From Nemertoderma westbladi (lineage: Eukaryota > Animalia > Xenacoelomorpha), in contig JAUCBJ010000859.1 of NCBI GenBank assembly GCA_032718475.1, forward strand, positions 1 through 64,000: DNA of 64,000 nt, written 5' to 3'. The notes beneath the pieces were generated by a model. The model saw only the letters and a program-made list of their open reading frames with translations, did not search any database and was not told where the DNA came from. Below, piece by piece: positions 63,040-64,000 of this stretch (position 1 is the first letter of the stretch; each line of letters opens with the position of its first letter). The translations under genes were made by a program, and so were the position numbers.

Positions 63040-64000
63040 CTGGTATCAGTACAGCAGTAATCTGAAGCAATAGCATACTGCTGTCATGATCTGGATTACA
63101 CGCAGGAGTCTCTCATATAGGGATTAGATCACCTATCCAAACAATACAGTACTGCAGTACTGTCGTTGTTCTTGATGTAACAGCATAATCAGATAGAGCA
63201 TACTGATTTCCTTTGATTAGCATTGTACCGCAGTACCAGTACTACAGTATTAATGTAACAGTACCCGCAGTAACAAACTAGGCTAATGTATACAATATCG
63301 TGAGTCAGTTACAATCAGATGTGTACGCAGTCAGCCACACTGCGAGGGATGTGGTCAACCTCGCAACTCCTATCCACAACTGTCATCCATTTTATCAGTA
63401 CAGCAGTAATCTGATGTAATAACATTTGTTTTTTTTTTTCAACTATAAGGATACTGCTGTCTACCCGAACCTTGATTAGCATACTGCTGTCATAACCTAG
63501 AAGGGACGCGTAGCTCTCACATATAGGGATTAGATCACCTATCCAAACAATACAGTACTGCAGTACTGTCGTTGTTCTTGATGTAACAGTATAGTCAGAT
63601 AGAGCATGCTGATTTCCTTTAATTAGCATTGTACTGCAGTACGGTACTACAGTATTAATGTAACAGTACCCGCAGTAACAAACTAGGCTAATGTATACAA
63701 TATCGTGAGTCAGTTACAATCAGATGTGTACGCAGTCAGCCACACTGCGAGGGATGTGGTCAACCTCGCAACTCCTATCTACAACTGTCATCCATTTTAT
63801 CAGTACAGCAGTAATCTGATGTAATAACATTTGTTTTTTTTTTTCAACTATAAGGATACTGCTGTCTACCCGAACCTTGATTAGCATACTGCTGTCATAA
63901 CCTAGAAGGGACGCGTAGCTCTCACATATAGGGATTAGATCACCTACCCAAACAATACAGTACTGCAGTACTGTCGCTGTTCTTGATGTAACAGTATAAT
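63040..64000. repeat. ~405-bp tandem repeat, more than 2 copies, running off the window
   Basis: GGATTAGATCACCTA recurs at 63121, 63527 and 63932. Confidence 0.92.

Larger units (their letters stand above)
53138..64000 (+). mobile_element. Polinton/Maverick (adintovirus-like) element, left part
   Basis: Candidate AGTAGT terminus at 53138 followed by a CCAATCA-rich TIR-like region. Intronless co-oriented ATPase, integrase, capsid and adenain genes. Confidence 0.92.

Noticed and set aside
63315-63629. 104-aa minus-strand ORF
   Set aside because: Lies within the 405-bp tandem repeat and has no recognisable motif.

Overview
Eukaryotic (most likely invertebrate animal) genomic DNA that is almost entirely transposable elements. 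A + strand host gene for a multi-domain beta/gamma-crystallin-like protein, largely missed by the ORF track, is spread over five small phase-compatible exons (849-969, 18556-18710, 23438-23578, 25124-25300, 49462-49609). Its introns contain a 63-bp satellite (~70 copies) and a five-level TE nest (LINE endonuclease relic > TIR element > Ulp1-carrying CRE-like non-LTR element > Gypsy with 79-bp LTRs > Kolobok-like MITE). They also hold a second Gypsy relic whose integrase is followed by a PWWP domain, a 13.9-kb BEL/Pao element with an extra non-Env ORF and an RTE insertion, and an L2/CR1-group LINE whose ORF1 ends in GYGGPDN repeats. From 53138 to the end lies the left part of a Polinton/Maverick (adintovirus-like) element: RING protein, packaging ATPase, integrase, two tandem minor-capsid genes, major capsid and adenain, with no pPolB inside the window. 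Bases 302-398 are a library adapter fold-back artefact. All calls come from reading motifs by eye; no database search was run.
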